The position numbers were made by a program, and so were the translations under genes. Positions 1-13,909 of a DNA stretch of 64,000 nt are shown here, piece by piece; the stretch's first letter is position 1, and every line of letters begins with the position of its first letter. Source of the stretch: Squalus acanthias (taxonomy: Eukaryota); assembly GCA_030390025.1 (NCBI GenBank), contig CM059447.1, forward strand, positions 46,624,001-46,688,000. Direction: 5' to 3'. The notes below the pieces were generated by a model that saw nothing but the letters and a program-made list of their open reading frames with translations, did no database searches and was not told the DNA's origin.

Positions 1-295
1 GACGCGGACATCCCAGAACGATTATGTTCAAAAGGAATGTTCTCTCTCTCTCTCTCTCTGGGTTATGTTTCGACGCTGTGATGTGCCTGGGTAAATCTTA
101 TTAAAATTAAATATTCCAACATTTCTGCATGAACATGGCATCCTCAGGAGAGATGAGGATGAAACTGGCATTTTAATATCTAGTTCAGGGAGCGGCCCCT
201 TTAAGGCATGTTGAGAGCTGGGACTCCCGTCGACTGGCCCTTTAAGGAGGAGCAATCGGTGCACAGCTGCTCCTTCTACAGCAGGTGGCGCTGTT

Positions 296-1218
296 CAACA
301 ACAACAACAACAACAACATGTATTTATATAGCGCCTTTAACGTAGTAAAATGTCCCAGGGTGCTTCACAGGAGCGATTATCAAACAAAATTTGACACCGA
401 GCCACATAAGGAGATATTAGGACAGGCGACCAAAAGCTTGGTCAAAGATGTTGGTTTTAAGGAGCGTCTTAAAGGAGGAGAGAGAGGCGGAGAGGTTTAG
501 GGAGGGAATTCCAGAGCTCGGGGCCCAGGCAGCTGAAGGCACGGCCGCCAATGGTGGAGCAAAGGAAATCGGGGGATGAGCAAGAGGCCAGAATTGGAGG
601 AGCGCAGAGATCTTGGAGGGTTGTGGGGCTGGAGGTGGTTACAGAGATAGGGAGGGGTGTAGGGCTGGAGGTGGTTACAGAGATGGGGAGGGGTGTAGGG
701 GCTGGAGAGGGTTACAGAGATGGGGAGGGGTGTTGGGGCAGGAGGAGGTTACAGAGATAGGGAGGGGTGTAGGGGCTGGAGGAGGTTACAGAGATGGGGA
801 GGGGTGTAGGGCTGGAGGGGGTTACAGAGATAGGGAGGGGGTCGAGGAGGCCATGGAGGGGATTTGAAAATGAGGATGAGAATTTTAAAATCGAGGCGTT
901 GCCGGACCGGGAGCCAATGTAGGTCAGCGAGCAACAGGGGGTGATGGGTAAACGGGACTCGGTGCGAGTCAGGACACGGGGGCAGAAGAGCTTCGGAGGA
1001 GCTCAAGTTTATGTAGGGTGGAACGTGGGAAGCCGGCCAGGAGAGCGTCAGAATAGTTCAGTCTAGAGGTAACAAAGGCACGGATGAGGGTTTCAGCAGC
1101 GGATGAGCTGAGACAGGGGCGGAGACGGGCGATGTTACAGAGGTGGAAGTAGGCGGTCTTTCTGATGCTGCGGATATGTGGTCGGAAGCTCATTTCAGGG
1201 TCAAATATGACGCCAAGT
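296..1218 (-). mobile_element. L2-clade LINE 3' fragment with a short 37-bp internal array
   Basis: HLCNIARLRPCLS..AETLIRAFVTSRLNY and LHWLPVRQRLDFKIL motifs; (CAA)n tail. Confidence 0.85.
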
Positions 1219-4200
1219 TCACAGCCGCTCCCTCTTATGTCTCCAAGTTCTGGTCTCCCCCACAAGTGGAAACATCTTCTCTCCGTCTACCCTATCCAAC
1301 CTTTTCATAATCTTAAAGACCTCGATCAGGTCACCGCTCAGCCTTCTCTTTTCTAGAGAAAAGAGCCCCAGCCTGTTCAATCTTTCCTCATAGTTGTAAC
1401 CTCTCAGTTCTGGTAACATCCTTGTGAATTTTTTTGCACTTTCTCCAGTGCCTCTATATTCTTTTTGTAATATGGAGACGCGAACTGTGCTCAGTGCTCC
1501 AAGTGTGGTCTAACCAATGTATATGGAGACCAGAACTGTGCACAGTGCTCCAAGTGCGGTCTAACCAATGTATATGGAGACCAGAACTGTGCACAGTGCT
1601 CCAAGTGCGGTCTAACCAATGTATATGGAGACCAGAACTGTGCACAGTGCTCCAAGTGCGGTCTAACCAAGGTATATGGAGACCAGAACTGTGCACAGTG
1701 CTCCAAGTGTGGTCTAACCAAGGTATATGGAGACCAGAACTGTGCACAGTGCTCCAAGTGTGGTCTAACCAAGGTATACAGAGACCAGAACTGTGCACAG
1801 TGCTCCAAGTGTGGTCTAACCAAGGTATATGGAGACCAGAACTGTGCACAGTGCTCCAAGTGTGGTCTAACCAAGGTCTATGGAGACCAGAACTGTGCAC
1901 AGTGCTCCAAGTGTGGTCTAACCAAGGTATATGGAGACCAGAATGGTGCACAATGCTCCAAGTATTGTCTAACCAAGGTATATGGAGAACAGAACTATGC
2001 ACAGTGCTCCAAGTGCGGTCTAACCAAGGTATATGGAGAACAGAACTGCGCACGGTGCTCCAAGTGCGGTCTAACAAAGGTATATGGTGACCAGAACAGC
2101 GCACTGTGCTCCAAGTGTGGTCTAACCAAGGTATATGGAGACCAGAACTGTGCACAGTGCTCCAAGTGTGGTCTAACCAAGGTATACAGAGACCAGAACT
2201 GTGCACAGTGCTCCAAGTGTGGTCTAACCAAGGTATATGGAGACCAGAACTGTGCACAGTGCTCCAAGTGTGGTCTAACCAAGGTCTATGGAGACCAGAA
2301 CTGTGCACAGTGCTCCAAGTGTGGTCTAACCAAGGTATATGGAGACCAGAATGGTGCACAATGCTCCAAGTGTTGTCTAACCAAGGTATATGGAGAACAG
2401 AACTATGCACAGTGCTCCAAGTGCGGTCTAACCAAGGTATATGGAGAACACAACTGCGCACGGTGCTCCAAGTGCGGTCTAACAAAGGTATATGGTGACC
2501 AGAACAGCGCACTGTGCTCCAAGTGTGGTCTAACCAAGGTCTATGGAGACCAGAACAGTGCGCAGTGCTCCAAGTGTGGTCTAACCAAGGTCTATGGAGA
2601 CCAGAACTGTGCGCAGTGCTCCAAGTGTGGTCTAACCAAGGTATATGGAGACCAGAACTGTGCACAGTGCTCCAAGTGTGGTCTAACCAAGGTCTATGGA
2701 GACCAGAACAGTGCGCAGTGCTCCAAGTGTGGTCTAACCAAGGTCTATGGAGACCAGAACTGTGCACAGTGCTCCAAGTGTGGTCTAACCAAGGTATAGG
2801 GAGACCAGAACTGTGCACGGTGCTCCAAGTGCGATCTAACCAAGGTATATGGAGACCAGAACTGTGCACAGTGCTCCAAGTGCGATCTAACCAAGGTATA
2901 TGGAGACCAGAACTGTGCACAGTGCTCCAAGTGCGGTCTAACCAATGTATATGGAGACCAGAACTGTGCACAGTGCTCCAAGTGCGGTCTAACCAACGTA
3001 TATGGAGACCAGAACTGTGTACAGTGCTCCAAGTGCGATCTAACCAAGGTATATGGAGACCAGAACTGTGCACAGTGCTCCAAGTGTGGTCTAACCAAGG
3101 TATATGGAGACCAGAACTGTGCACAGTGCTCCAAGTGTGGTCTAACCAAGGTATACAGAGACCAGAACTGTGCACAGTGCTCCAAGTGTGGTCTAACCAA
3201 GGTATATGGAGACCAGAACTGTGCACAGTGCTCCAAGTGTGGTCTAACCAAGGTCTATGGAGACCAGAACTGTGCACAGTGCTCCAAGTGTGGTCTAACC
3301 AAGGTATATGGAGACCAGAATGGTGCACAATGCTCCAAGTGTTGTCTAACCAAGGTATATGGAGAACAGAACTATGCACAGTGCTCCAAGTGCGGTCTAA
3401 CCAAGGTATATGGAGAACAGAACTGCGCACGGTGCTCCAAGTGCGGTCTAACAAAGGTATATGGTGACCAGAACAGCGCACTGTGCTCCAAGTGTGGTCT
3501 AACCAAGGTATATGGAGACCAGAACTGTGCACAGTGCTCCAAGTGTGGTCTAACCAAGGTATACAGAGACCAGAACTGTGCACAGTGCTCCAAGTGTGGT
3601 CTAACCAAGGTATATGGAGACCAGAACTGTGCACAGTGCTCCAAGTGTGGTCTAACCAAGGTCTATGGAGACCAGAACTGTGCACAGTGCTCCAAGTGTG
3701 GTCTAACCAAGGTATATGGAGACCAGAATGGTGCACAATGCTCCAAGTGTTGTCTAACCAAGGTATATGGAGAACAGAACTATGCACAGTGCTCCAAGTG
3801 CGGTCTAACCAAGGTATATGGAGAACAGAACTGCGCACGGTGCTCCAAGTGCGGTCTAACAAAGGTATATGGTGACCAGAACAGCGCACTGTGCTCCAAG
3901 TGTGGTCTAACCAAGGTCTATGGAGACCAGAACAGTGCGCAGTGCTCCAAGTGTGGTCTAACCAAGGTCTATGGAGACCAGAACTGTGCGCAGTGCTCCA
4001 AGTGTGGTCTAACCAAGGTATATGGAGACCAGAACTGTGCACAGTGCTCCAAGTGTGGTCTAACCAAGGTCTATGGAGACCAGAACAGTGCGCAGTGCTC
4101 CAAGTGTGGTCTCACCAAGGTCTATGGAGACCAGAACTGTGCACAGTGCTCCAAGTGTGGTCTAACCAAGGTATAGGGAGACCAGAACTGTGCGCAGTGC

Positions 4201-7200
4201 TCCAAGTGTGGTCTAACCAAGGTATATGGAGACCAGAACTGTGCACAGTGCTCCAAGTGTGGTCTAACCAAGGTATATGGAGACCAGAACTGTGCACAGT
4301 GCTCCAAGTGTGGTCTAACCAAGGTCTATGGAGACCAGAACTGTGCACAGTGCTCCAAGTGTGGTCTAACCAAGGTATATGGAGACCAGAACTGTGCACA
4401 GTGCTCCAAGTGCGGTCTAACCATGGTATATGGAGACCAGAACTGTGCACAGTGCTCCAAGTGCGGTCTAACCAAGGTATATGGAGACCAGAACTGTGCA
4501 TAGTGCTCCAAGTGTGGTCTAACCAAGGTATATGGAGACCAGAACTGTGCACAGTGCTCCATGTGTGGTCTAACCAAGGTCTATGGAGACCAGAACTGTG
4601 CACAGTGCTCCAAGTGTGGTCTAACCAAGGTCTATGGAGACCAGAACTGTGCACAGTGCTCCAAGTGCGATCTAACCATGGTTTATGGAGACCAGAACTG
4701 TGCACAGTGCTCCAAGTGTGGTCTAACCAAGGTATATGGAGACCAGAACTGTGCACAGTGCTCCAAGTGTGGTCTAACCAAGGTATATGGAGACCAGAAC
4801 TGTGCGCAGTGCTCCAAGTGTGGTCTAACCAAGGTATATGGAGACCAGAACTGTGCACAGTGCTCTAAGTGTGGTCTAACCATGGTATATGGAGACCAGA
4901 ACTGTGCACAGTGCTCCAAGTGTGGTCTAACCAAGGTCGATGGAGACCAGAACTGTGCACAGTGCTCCAAGTGTGGTCTAACCAAGGTCTATGGAGACCA
5001 GAACTGTGCACAGTGCTCCAAGTGTGGTCTAACCAAGGTATATGGAGACCAGAACTGTGCACAGTGCTCCAAGTGTGGTCTAACCAAGGTATACAGAGAC
5101 CAGAACTGTGCACAGTGCTCCAAGTGTGGTCTAACCAAGGTATATGGAGACCAGAACTGTGCACAGTGCTCCAAGTGTGGTCTAACCAAGGTCTATGGAG
5201 ACCAGAACTGTGCACAGTGCTCCAAGTGTGGTCTAACCAAGGTATATGGAGACCAGAATGGTGCACAATGCTCCAAGTGTTGTCTAACCAAGGTATATGG
5301 AGAACAGAACTATGCACAGTGCTCCAAGTGCGGTCTAACCAAGGTATATGGAGAACAGAACTGCGCACGGTGCTCCAAGTGCGGTCTAACAAAGGTATAT
5401 GGTGACCAGAACAGCGCACTGTGCTCCAAGTGTGGTCTAACCAAGGTATATGGAGACCAGAACTGTGCACAGTGCTCCAAGTGTGGTCTAACCAAGGTAT
5501 ACAGAGACCAGAACTGTGCACAGTGCTCCAAGTGTGGTCTAACCAAGGTATATGGAGACCAGAACTGTGCACAGTGCTCCAAGTGTGGTCTAACCAAGGT
5601 CTATGGAGACCAGAACTGTGCACAGTGCTCCAAGTGTGGTCTAACCAAGGTATATGGAGACCAGAATGGTGCACAATGCTCCAAGTGTTGTCTAACCAAG
5701 GTATATGGAGAACAGAACTATGCACAGTGCTCCAAGTGCGGTCTAACCAAGGTATATGGAGAACAGAACTGCGCACGGTGCTCCAAGTGCGGTCTAACAA
5801 AGGTATATGGTGACCAGAACAGCGCACTGTGCTCCAAGTGTGGTCTAACCAAGGTCTATGGAGACCAGAACAGTGCGCAGTGCTCCAAGTGTGGTCTAAC
5901 CAAGGTCTATGGAGACCAGAACTGTGCGCAGTGCTCCAAGTGTGGTCTAACCAAGGTATATGGAGACCAGAACTGTGCACAGTGCTCCAAGTGTGGTCTA
6001 ACCAAGGTCTATGGAGACCAGAACTGTGCGCAGTGCTCCAAGTGTGGTCTCACCAAGGTCTATGGAGACCAGAACTGTGCACAGTGCTCCAAGTGTGGTC
6101 TAACCAAGGTATAGGGAGACCAGAACTGTGCGCAGTGCTCCAAGTGTGGTCTAACCAAGGTATATGGAGACCAGAACTGTGCACAGTGCTCCAAGTGTGG
6201 TCTAACCAAGGTATATGGAGACCAGAACTGTGCACAGTGCTCCAAGTGTGGTCTAACCAAGGTCTATGGAGACCAGAACTGTGCACAGTGCTCCAAGTGT
6301 GGTCTAACCAAGGTATATGGAGACCAGAACTGTGCACAGTGCTCCAAGTGCGGTCTAACCATGGTATATGGAGACCAGAACTGTGCACAGTGCTCCAAGT
6401 GCGGTCTAACCAAGGTATATGGAGACCAGAACTGTGCATAGTGCTCCAAGTGTGGTCTAACCAAGGTATATGGAGACCAGAACTGTGCACAGTGCTCCAT
6501 GTGTGGTCTAACCAAGGTCTATGGAGACCAGAACTGTGCACAGTGCTCCAAGTGTGGTCTAACCAAGGTCTATGGAGACCAGAACTGTGCACAGTGCTCC
6601 AAGTGCGATCTAACCATGGTTTATGGAGACCAGAACTGTGCACAGTGCTCCAAGTGTGGTCTAACCAAGGTATATGGAGACCAGAACTGTGCACAGTGCT
6701 CCAAGTGTGGTCTAACCAAGGTATATGGAGACCAGAACTGTGCGCAGTGCTCCAAGTGTGGTCTAACCAAGGTATATGGAGACCAGAACTGTGCACAGTG
6801 CTCTAAGTGTGGTCTAACCATGGTATATGGAGACCAGAACTGTGCACAGTGCTCCAAGTGTGGTCTAACCAAGGTCGATGGAGACCAGAACTGTGCACAG
6901 TGCTCCAAGTGTGGTCTAACCAAGGTCTATGGAGACCAGAACTGTGCACAGTGCTCCAAGTGTGGTCTAACCAAGGTCTATGGAGACCAGAACTATGCAC
7001 AGTGCTCCAAGTGTGGTCTAACCAAGGTATAGGGAGACCAGAACTGTGCGCAGTGCTCCAATTGTGGTCTAACCAAGGTCTATGGAGACCAGAACTGTGC
7101 GCAGTGCTCCAAGTGTGGTCTAACCAAGGTATAGGGAGACCAGAACTGTGCGCAGTGCTCCAATTGTGGTCTAACCAAGGTCTATGGAGACCAGAACTGT

Positions 7201-10125
7201 GCGCAGTGCTCCAATTGTGGTCTAACCAAGGTCTATGGAGACCAGAACTGTGCGCAGTGCTCCAAGTGTGGTCTAACCAAGGTATAGGGAGACCAGAACT
7301 GTGCGCAGTGCTCCAAGTGTGGTCTAACCAAGGTATATGGAGACCAGAACTGTGCACAGTGCTCCAAGTGTGGTCTAACCAAGGTATATGGAGACCAGAA
7401 CTGTGCACAGTGCTCCAAGTGTGGTCTAACCAAGGTCTATGGAGACCAGAACTGTGCACAGTGCTCCAAGTGTGGTCTAACCAAGGTATATGGAGACCAG
7501 AACTGTGCACAGTGCTCCAAGTGCGGTCTAACCATGGTATATGGAGACCAGAACTGTGCACAGTGCTCCAAGTGCGGTCTAACCAAGGTATATGGAGACC
7601 AGAACTGTGCATAGTGCTCCAAGTGTGGTCTAACCAAGGTATATGGAGACCAGAACTGTGCACAGTGCTCCATGTGTGGTCTAACCAAGGTCTATGGAGA
7701 CCAGAACTGTGCACAGTGCTCCAAGTGTGGTCTAACCAAGGTCTATGGAGACCAGAACTGTGCACAGTGCTCCAAGTGCGATCTAACCATGGTTTATGGA
7801 GACCAGAACTGTGCACAGTGCTCCAAGTGTGGTCTAACCAAGGTATATGGAGACCAGAACTGTGCACAGTGCTCCAAGTGTGGTCTAACCAAGGTATATG
7901 GAGACCAGAACTGTGCGCAGTGCTCCAAGTGTGGTCTAACCAAGGTCTATGGAGACCAGAACTGTGCACAGTGCTCCAAGTGTGGTCTAACCAAGGTCTA
8001 TGGAGACCAGAACTATGCACAGTGCTCCAAGTGTGGTCTAACCAAGGTATAGGGAGACCAGAACTGTGCGCAGTGCTCCAATTGTGGTCTAACCAAGGTC
8101 TATGGAGACCAGAACTGTGCGCAGTGCTCCAAGTGTGGTCTAACCAAGGTATAGGGAGACCAGAACTGTGCGCAGTGCTCCAATTGTGGTCTAACCAAGG
8201 TCTATGGAGACCAGAACTGTGCGCAGTGCTCCAAGTGTGGTCTAACCAAGGTATAGGGAGACCAGAACTGTGCACAGTGCTCCAAGTGTGGTCTAACCAA
8301 GGTCTATGGAGACCAGAACTGTGCACAGTGCTCCAAGTGTGGTCTAACCAAGGGATATGGAGACCAGAACTGTGCACAGTGCTCCAAGTGTGGTCTAACC
8401 AAGGTATAGGGAGACCAGAACTGTGCACAGTGCTCCAAGTGTGGTCTAACCAAGGTCTATGGAGACCAGAACTGTGCACAGTGCTCCAAGTGTGGTCTAA
8501 CCAAGGGATATGGAGACCAGAACTGTGCACAGTGCTCCAAGTGTGGTCTAACCATGGTATATGGAGACCAGAACTGTGCACAGTGCTCCAAGTGTGGTCT
8601 AACCAAGGTCTATGGAGACCAGAACTGTGCACAGTGCTCCAAGTGCGATCTAACCATGGTTTATGGAGACCAGAACTGTGCACAGTGCTCCAAGTGTGGT
8701 CTAACCAAGGTATATGGAGACCAGAACTGTGCTCAGTGCTCCAAGTGTGGTCTAACCAAGGAATATGGAGACCAGAACTGTGCGCAGTGCTCCAAGTGTG
8801 GTCTAACCAAGGTATATGGAGACCAGAACTGTGCACAGTGCTCCAAGTGTGGTCTAACCAAGGTCGATGGAGACCAGAACTGTGCACAGTGCTCCAAGTG
8901 TGGTCTAACCAAGGTCTATGGAGACCAGAACTGTGCACAGTGCTCCAAGTGTGGTCTAACCAAGGTCTATGGAGACCAGAACTGTGCACAGTGCTCCAAG
9001 TGTGGTCTAACCAAGGTCTATGGAGACCAGAACTGTGCGCAGTGCTCCAAGTGTGGTCTAAACAAGGTATATGGAGACCAGAACTGTGCGCAGTGCTCCA
9101 ATTGTGGTCTAACCAAGGTCTATGGAGACCAGAACTGTGCGCAGTGCTCCAAGTGTGGTCTAACCAAGGTATAGGGAGACCAGAACTGTGCGCAGTGCTC
9201 CAATTGTGGTCTAACCAAGGTATATGGAGACCAGAACTGTGCACAGTGCTCCAAGTGTGGTCTAACCAAGGTATGTGGAGACCAGAACTGTGCACAGTGC
9301 TCCAAGTGTGGTCTAACCAAGGTCTATGGAGACCAGAACTGTGCACAGTGCTCCAAGTGTGGTCTAACCAAGGTATATGGAGACCAGAACTGTGCACAGT
9401 GCTCCAAGTTCGGTCTAACCATGGTATATGGAGACCAGAACGGTGCACAGTGCTCCAAGTGTGGTCTAACCAAGGTATAGGGAGACCAGAACTGTGCACA
9501 GTGCTCCAAGTGTGGTCTAACCAAGGTCTATGGAGACCAGAACTGTGCACAGTGCTCCAAGTGTGGTCTGACCAAGGTATATGGAGACCAGAACTGTGCA
9601 CAGTGCTCCAAGTGCGGTCTAACCATGGTATATGGAGACCAGAACTGTGCACAGTGCTCCAAGTGTGGTCTAACCAAGGTCTATGGAGACCAGAACTGTG
9701 CACAGTGCTCCAAGTGTGATCTAACCAAGGTCTATGGAGACCAGAACTGTGCACAGTGCTCCAAGTGTGGTCTAACCAAGGTTCGACACAAGTTTATCAT
9801 AACGTCTCTGCTTTTCAATTGTATCCCTCTAGAAATGATCCCCAGTGCTTTGTTTGCTTTTTTATGGCCTCGTTAACCTCCATCGCTACTTTGTGATTTG
9901 TGTATCTCTACCCCTGGATCCCTCTGCTCCTCCACCCCATATGACTCTTGTTTTCAAGACTCTTGCCTTCTTATTCATCCTACTAAACTGCACCACCTCA
10001 CACTTACGTATATTGAAATTAATTTGCCAATTACAAGCCCATTCTGCAAGTTTATTAATGTCTTGTATTTGATGCAGTCCTCAGTAACTGCACCCCCCAA
10101 TTTGGATCCATCCGCAAATTCCGAA
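1219..10125 (-). mobile_element. CR1 LINE 3' fragment hosting the 51-bp array
   Basis: YEERLNRLGLFSLEKRRLSGDLIEVFKIMK on one side of the array and degenerate upstream ORF2 (KANKALGIISRGI) on the other. Confidence 0.85.
1471..9783. repeat. 51-bp minisatellite, about 163 units, derived from CR1 ORF2 (LVRPHLEHCAQFWSPY)
   Basis: Unit TATGGAGACCAGAACTGTGCACAGTGCTCCAAGTGTGGTCTAACCAAGGTA; higher-order periods of 408, 1377 and 1938 bp. Confidence 0.97.
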
Positions 10126-10129
10126 ACAG

Positions 10130-10895
10130 AAAGAAAGAAAAAGAAAGACAGACTTGCGTTTCTCCAGCGCCTTTCACCACCTCAGGACGTCCCAAAGCGC
10201 TTTACAGCCAATGAAGTACTTTTTTGGCGTGTAGTCACTGTTGTAATGTAGGAAACGCGGCAGCCAATTTGCGCACAGCAAGAGCCCACCAACAGCAATG
10301 TGACAATGACCAGATCATCTGTTTTAGTGATGTTGGTTGAGGGATAAATATTGGCCCCAGGACGCCGGGGAGAACTCCCCCCTGCTCTTCTTCCAATAGT
10401 GGCCGTGGGATCTTTTACATCCACCTGAGAGGGCAGACAGGGCATCGGTTTAATGTCTCATCTGAAAGACGGCACCTCCGACAGTGCGGTGCTCCCTCAG
10501 TACTGCCCCTCCGATAGTGCGGCGCTCCCTCAGTACCGCCCCCCCGACAGTGCGGTGCTCCCTCAGTACTGCCCCTCCGATAGTGCGGCGCTCCCTCAGT
10601 ACTGCCCCTCCGACAGTGCGGCGCTCCCTCAGTACTGCCCCTCCGACAGTGCGGCGCTCCCTCAGTACCGCTCCTCCGACAGTGCGGCGCTCCCTCAGTA
10701 CCGCCCCTCCGACAGTGCGGCGCTCCCTCAGTACTGCCCCTCCGACAGTGAGGCGCTCCCTCAGTACTGACCCTCCGACAGTGCGGCGCTCCCTCAGTAC
10801 CACCCCTCCGACAGTGCGGTGCTCCCTCAGTACTGCCCCTCCGACAGTGCGGCGCTCCCTCAGTACTGCCCCTCCGACAGTGCGGCGCTCCCTCA
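10130..10895 (-). mobile_element. DeuSINE (SacSINE1-like) with a 33-bp internal array
   Basis: Deu-domain-like GGAGGTGCCGTCTTTCAGATGAGACATTAAACCG; unit GACAGTGCGGCGCTCCCTCAGTACTGCCCCTCC. Confidence 0.8.
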
Positions 10896-11145
10896 CCATT
10901 ATTTTTATTAAACAGCAGCGCTGCCGACGTTTTCCAAATCTGAACATCATCACAGCTCAGCTCGAGCTGGGCCCGTCCCGCAGAGCCACAGGCCAGAGCG
11001 ATAATGAATTGGCCGCCCCATTTATCTCCCTACATCCAGCCCAATGGACGGAGAACCGGGCGGGCAGTATAACAGGCGGGTAAGTCGACATTTACAGGCA
11101 ACAGCCGAAGTTAAAATTGCCTCCAGATGTGCCTTACGGTTTCAC

Positions 11146-11300
11146 CATTAAACATTCCGGTTAATCGCCAAAAAACTGAAATTGCCACATGCGATCACGT
11201 TGCAAAAAAGAAGGCGGATTGCACACATCGAATGATCTGTTTTATGACATTAAACACTGGCAAAAATCAAAGTCCCCTGCCAACTCGCAACGCCTCAGTC
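11146..11300 (-). other. Displaced stop codon and 3' UTR of the cluster 2 C exon
   Basis: GACTGAGGCG... homologous to 19043-19193 of cluster 1 (shared AAGGCGGATTGCACACATCGAATGATCTGTTT). Confidence 0.88.
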
Positions 11301-13195
11301 ATAGAGGCATAACGGCACAGAAGGAGGCCATTCGGCCCATCGAGTCCGTGCCGGCTTTCTGTAGAGCAATCCAGTCAGTCCCATTCCCCCGCTCTATCAC
11401 TGTAGCCCTGCAAGTTTATTTCCCTCAAGTGCCTATCCAGTCTCCCCTTGAAAACATTGAGTGTCTCCGCTTCCACCACTTCCGTCGGCAGCAAGTTCCA
11501 GGTCCTCACCACTCGCTGTGTAAAAAAGTTTTTCCTCACATCCCCCCTGTATCTCTTGCCCAAAACCTTAAATCTGTGTCCCCTAGTCCTTGTACCATCA
11601 ACTAGTGGGAACAGCCTTTCCCCGTCTAGCCTATCCAAACCCGTCATAATCTTGTACACCTCGATCAAATCACCCCTCAACCTCCTTTGCTCTAATGAAA
11701 ACAAATCCAGCTTCTCCAACCTGTCCTTGTAGCTAAGATCCCCCATCCCCGGAACCATTCTGGTAAATCTCCTCTGCACCCTCTCAAGGGCCTTCACATC
11801 CTTCCTAAAAAGTGTGGTGACCAGAACTGGACGCAATACTCCAGTTGTGGCCTAACCAGTGCTTTATAAAGGTTCAGCATAGAGTCATAGAGTTATACAG
11901 CACAGAAAGAGGCCCTTCGGCCCATCGTGTCCGCGCCGGCCATCAAGCCCTGTCTATTCTAATCCCATTTTCCAGCACTTGGTCCGTAGCCTTGTATGCT
12001 ATGGCGTTTCAAGTGCTCATCTAAATGCTTCTTGAATGTTGTGAGGGTTCCTGCCTCTACCACCCTTTCAGGCAGTGAGTTCCAGATTCCAACCACCCTC
12101 TGGGTGAAAAGGTTTTTCCTCAAATCCCCTCTAAACCTCCTGCCCCTTACCTTGAAACTATGCCCCCAGGGAGGTATTGCTGCAGTTATATAAGGTATTG
12201 GTGAGACCGCACCTGGAATACTGCGTACAGTTTTGGTGTCCATACTTAAGAAAAGACATACTTGCTCTCGAGGCAGTACAAAGAAGGTTCACGCGGTTAA
12301 TCCTGGGGATGAGGGGGTGGACATATGAGGAGAGGTTGAGTAGATTGGGACTCTACTCATTGGAGTTCAGAAGAATGAGAGGCGATCTTATTGAAACATA
12401 TAAGATTGTGAAGGGGCTTGATCGGGTGGATGCGGTAAGGATGTTCCCAAGAATGGGTGAAACTAGAACTAGGGGGCATAATCTTAGAATAAGGGGCTGC
12501 TCTTTCAAAACTGAGATGAGGAGAAACTTCTTCACTCAGAGGGTAGTAGGTCTGTGGAATTTGCTGCCCCAGGAAGCTGTGGAAGCTACATCATTAAATA
12601 AATTTAAAACAGAAATAGACAGTTTCCTAGAAGTAAAGGGAATTAGGGGTTACGGTGAGCGGGCAGGAAATTGGACATGAGGCTGAGTTCGGATCGGTCA
12701 GGGCCCTGTGGGTGGCGGAGCGGGCCCAGGGGCTGAGTGGCCGGGTCCTGCTCCTACTTCTTGTGTTCTTTAGATTTGAGGTGAGGATCAGATCAGCCAT
12801 GATCTCATTGAATGGCGGAGCAGGCTCGAGGGGCCGATTGGCCGACTCCTGCTCCTATTTCTTATGTTCTTATGTTCTTATTGACCCCTCTACTAAGGGG
12901 AAATGTTCCTTTCTATCTGCCCTATCTATGCCCCTCATAATTTTGTACACCTCAATCAGGTCCCCCCTCAGCCTTCTCTGCTCCGAGGAAAACAACCCCA
13001 GCTTGTCCAGTCTCTCTTCCTAGCTGAAGCGCTCCAGCCCAGGTAACATCCTGGTGAATCTCCTCTGCACCCTCTCTAATACAATCACATTCTTCCTATA
13101 GTGTGGCGACCAGAACTGCACACAGTATTCCAGCTGTGGCCTAACTAGCGTTTTGTACAGCTCCATCATAACCTCCCTGCTCTTATATTCTAATT
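11301..13195. mobile_element. Nested CR1 LINE 3' fragments (two on -, one on + at about 12166-12880)
   Basis: CR1 ORF2 C-terminal motifs (LERVQRRFTRM, RGDLIE, FFTQRVV) and microsatellite tails. Confidence 0.9.
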
Positions 13196-13891
13196 GTGAG
13201 AAGTCGCACAACACCAGGTTATAGTCCAACAGCTTTATTTGAAATCACAAGCTTTCGGAGCGCTGCTCCTTCGTCAGGTGAAGTGAAGAGATGCATATAG
13301 GCACAGCATATATAGTCAGAGAACACTGCCAGGTGATTACAGTTAATCTTTCCAACTGCCCTTTATCACACCTCGGCAGAGAGATAATCACGGCAATCAA
13401 AGGTGTGGATGGTGTCCAAACAGGTCAGTCAGGAAAACATTCCATCAAAGACAATGGGGTGGGGTCACAAGGGGTCAATGTGGCAGATTCTGGGGTCTGT
13501 ATGGAAAACAAAAAACTGTTTTTTGCTGGAAATCACAGCAGGTCCGGCCGCATCTGTGTAGAGAGAACAAGCCAACGACGACTCGAGTCTGGATGACTCT
13601 ACGTCAGGTGGGGTTACATGTAACGTGACGTTACATGTAGCGTGACATGAACTGCGACAACGTATGAACGGACACCACGCAACAATTGCCAGGCAGGAGT
13701 GTTCCCTCCCAGTCGGGGAACACTTCAGCAGTCAAGGACATTCAGCCTCCGATCTGCGGGTTAGCGTTCTCCAAGGCGGCCTTCGAGACACATGACAACG
13801 CAAAATCATCGAGCAGAAACTGATAGCCAAGTTCCGCACCCATGAGGACGGCCTCAACCGGGATCTTGGGTTCATGTCACGCTACATGTAA
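13196..13891. mobile_element. Penelope-like fragment with internal inversion
   Basis: Minus-strand pLTR-like part (13196-13650) joined to a plus-strand GIY-YIG 3' end similar to 41373-41606; TTACATGTAGCGTGACATGAAC is inverted at about 13631 and 13870. Confidence 0.85.
13245..13281 (-). ncRNA. Minimal hammerhead ribozyme motif
   Basis: Reverse complement reads TCAC-CTGACGA-A-GGAGC(AGC)GCTCC-GAAA-GCTT-GTGA. Confidence 0.75.
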
Positions 13892-13909
13892 GCCCCTCCG
13901 CTTTGGGAA

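Noticed and set aside
1471-9783. CRISPR-like regular repeat
   Set aside because: Head-to-tail units with no unique spacers, no cas genes, and vertebrate DNA
1434-9876. Very long ORFs (862-983 aa), including a CxxC-rich frame resembling a metal-binding repeat protein
   Set aside because: They are by-products of a 51-bp (17-codon) unit derived from CR1; ORFs are open on both strands, and there is no unique N- or C-terminus or splice context
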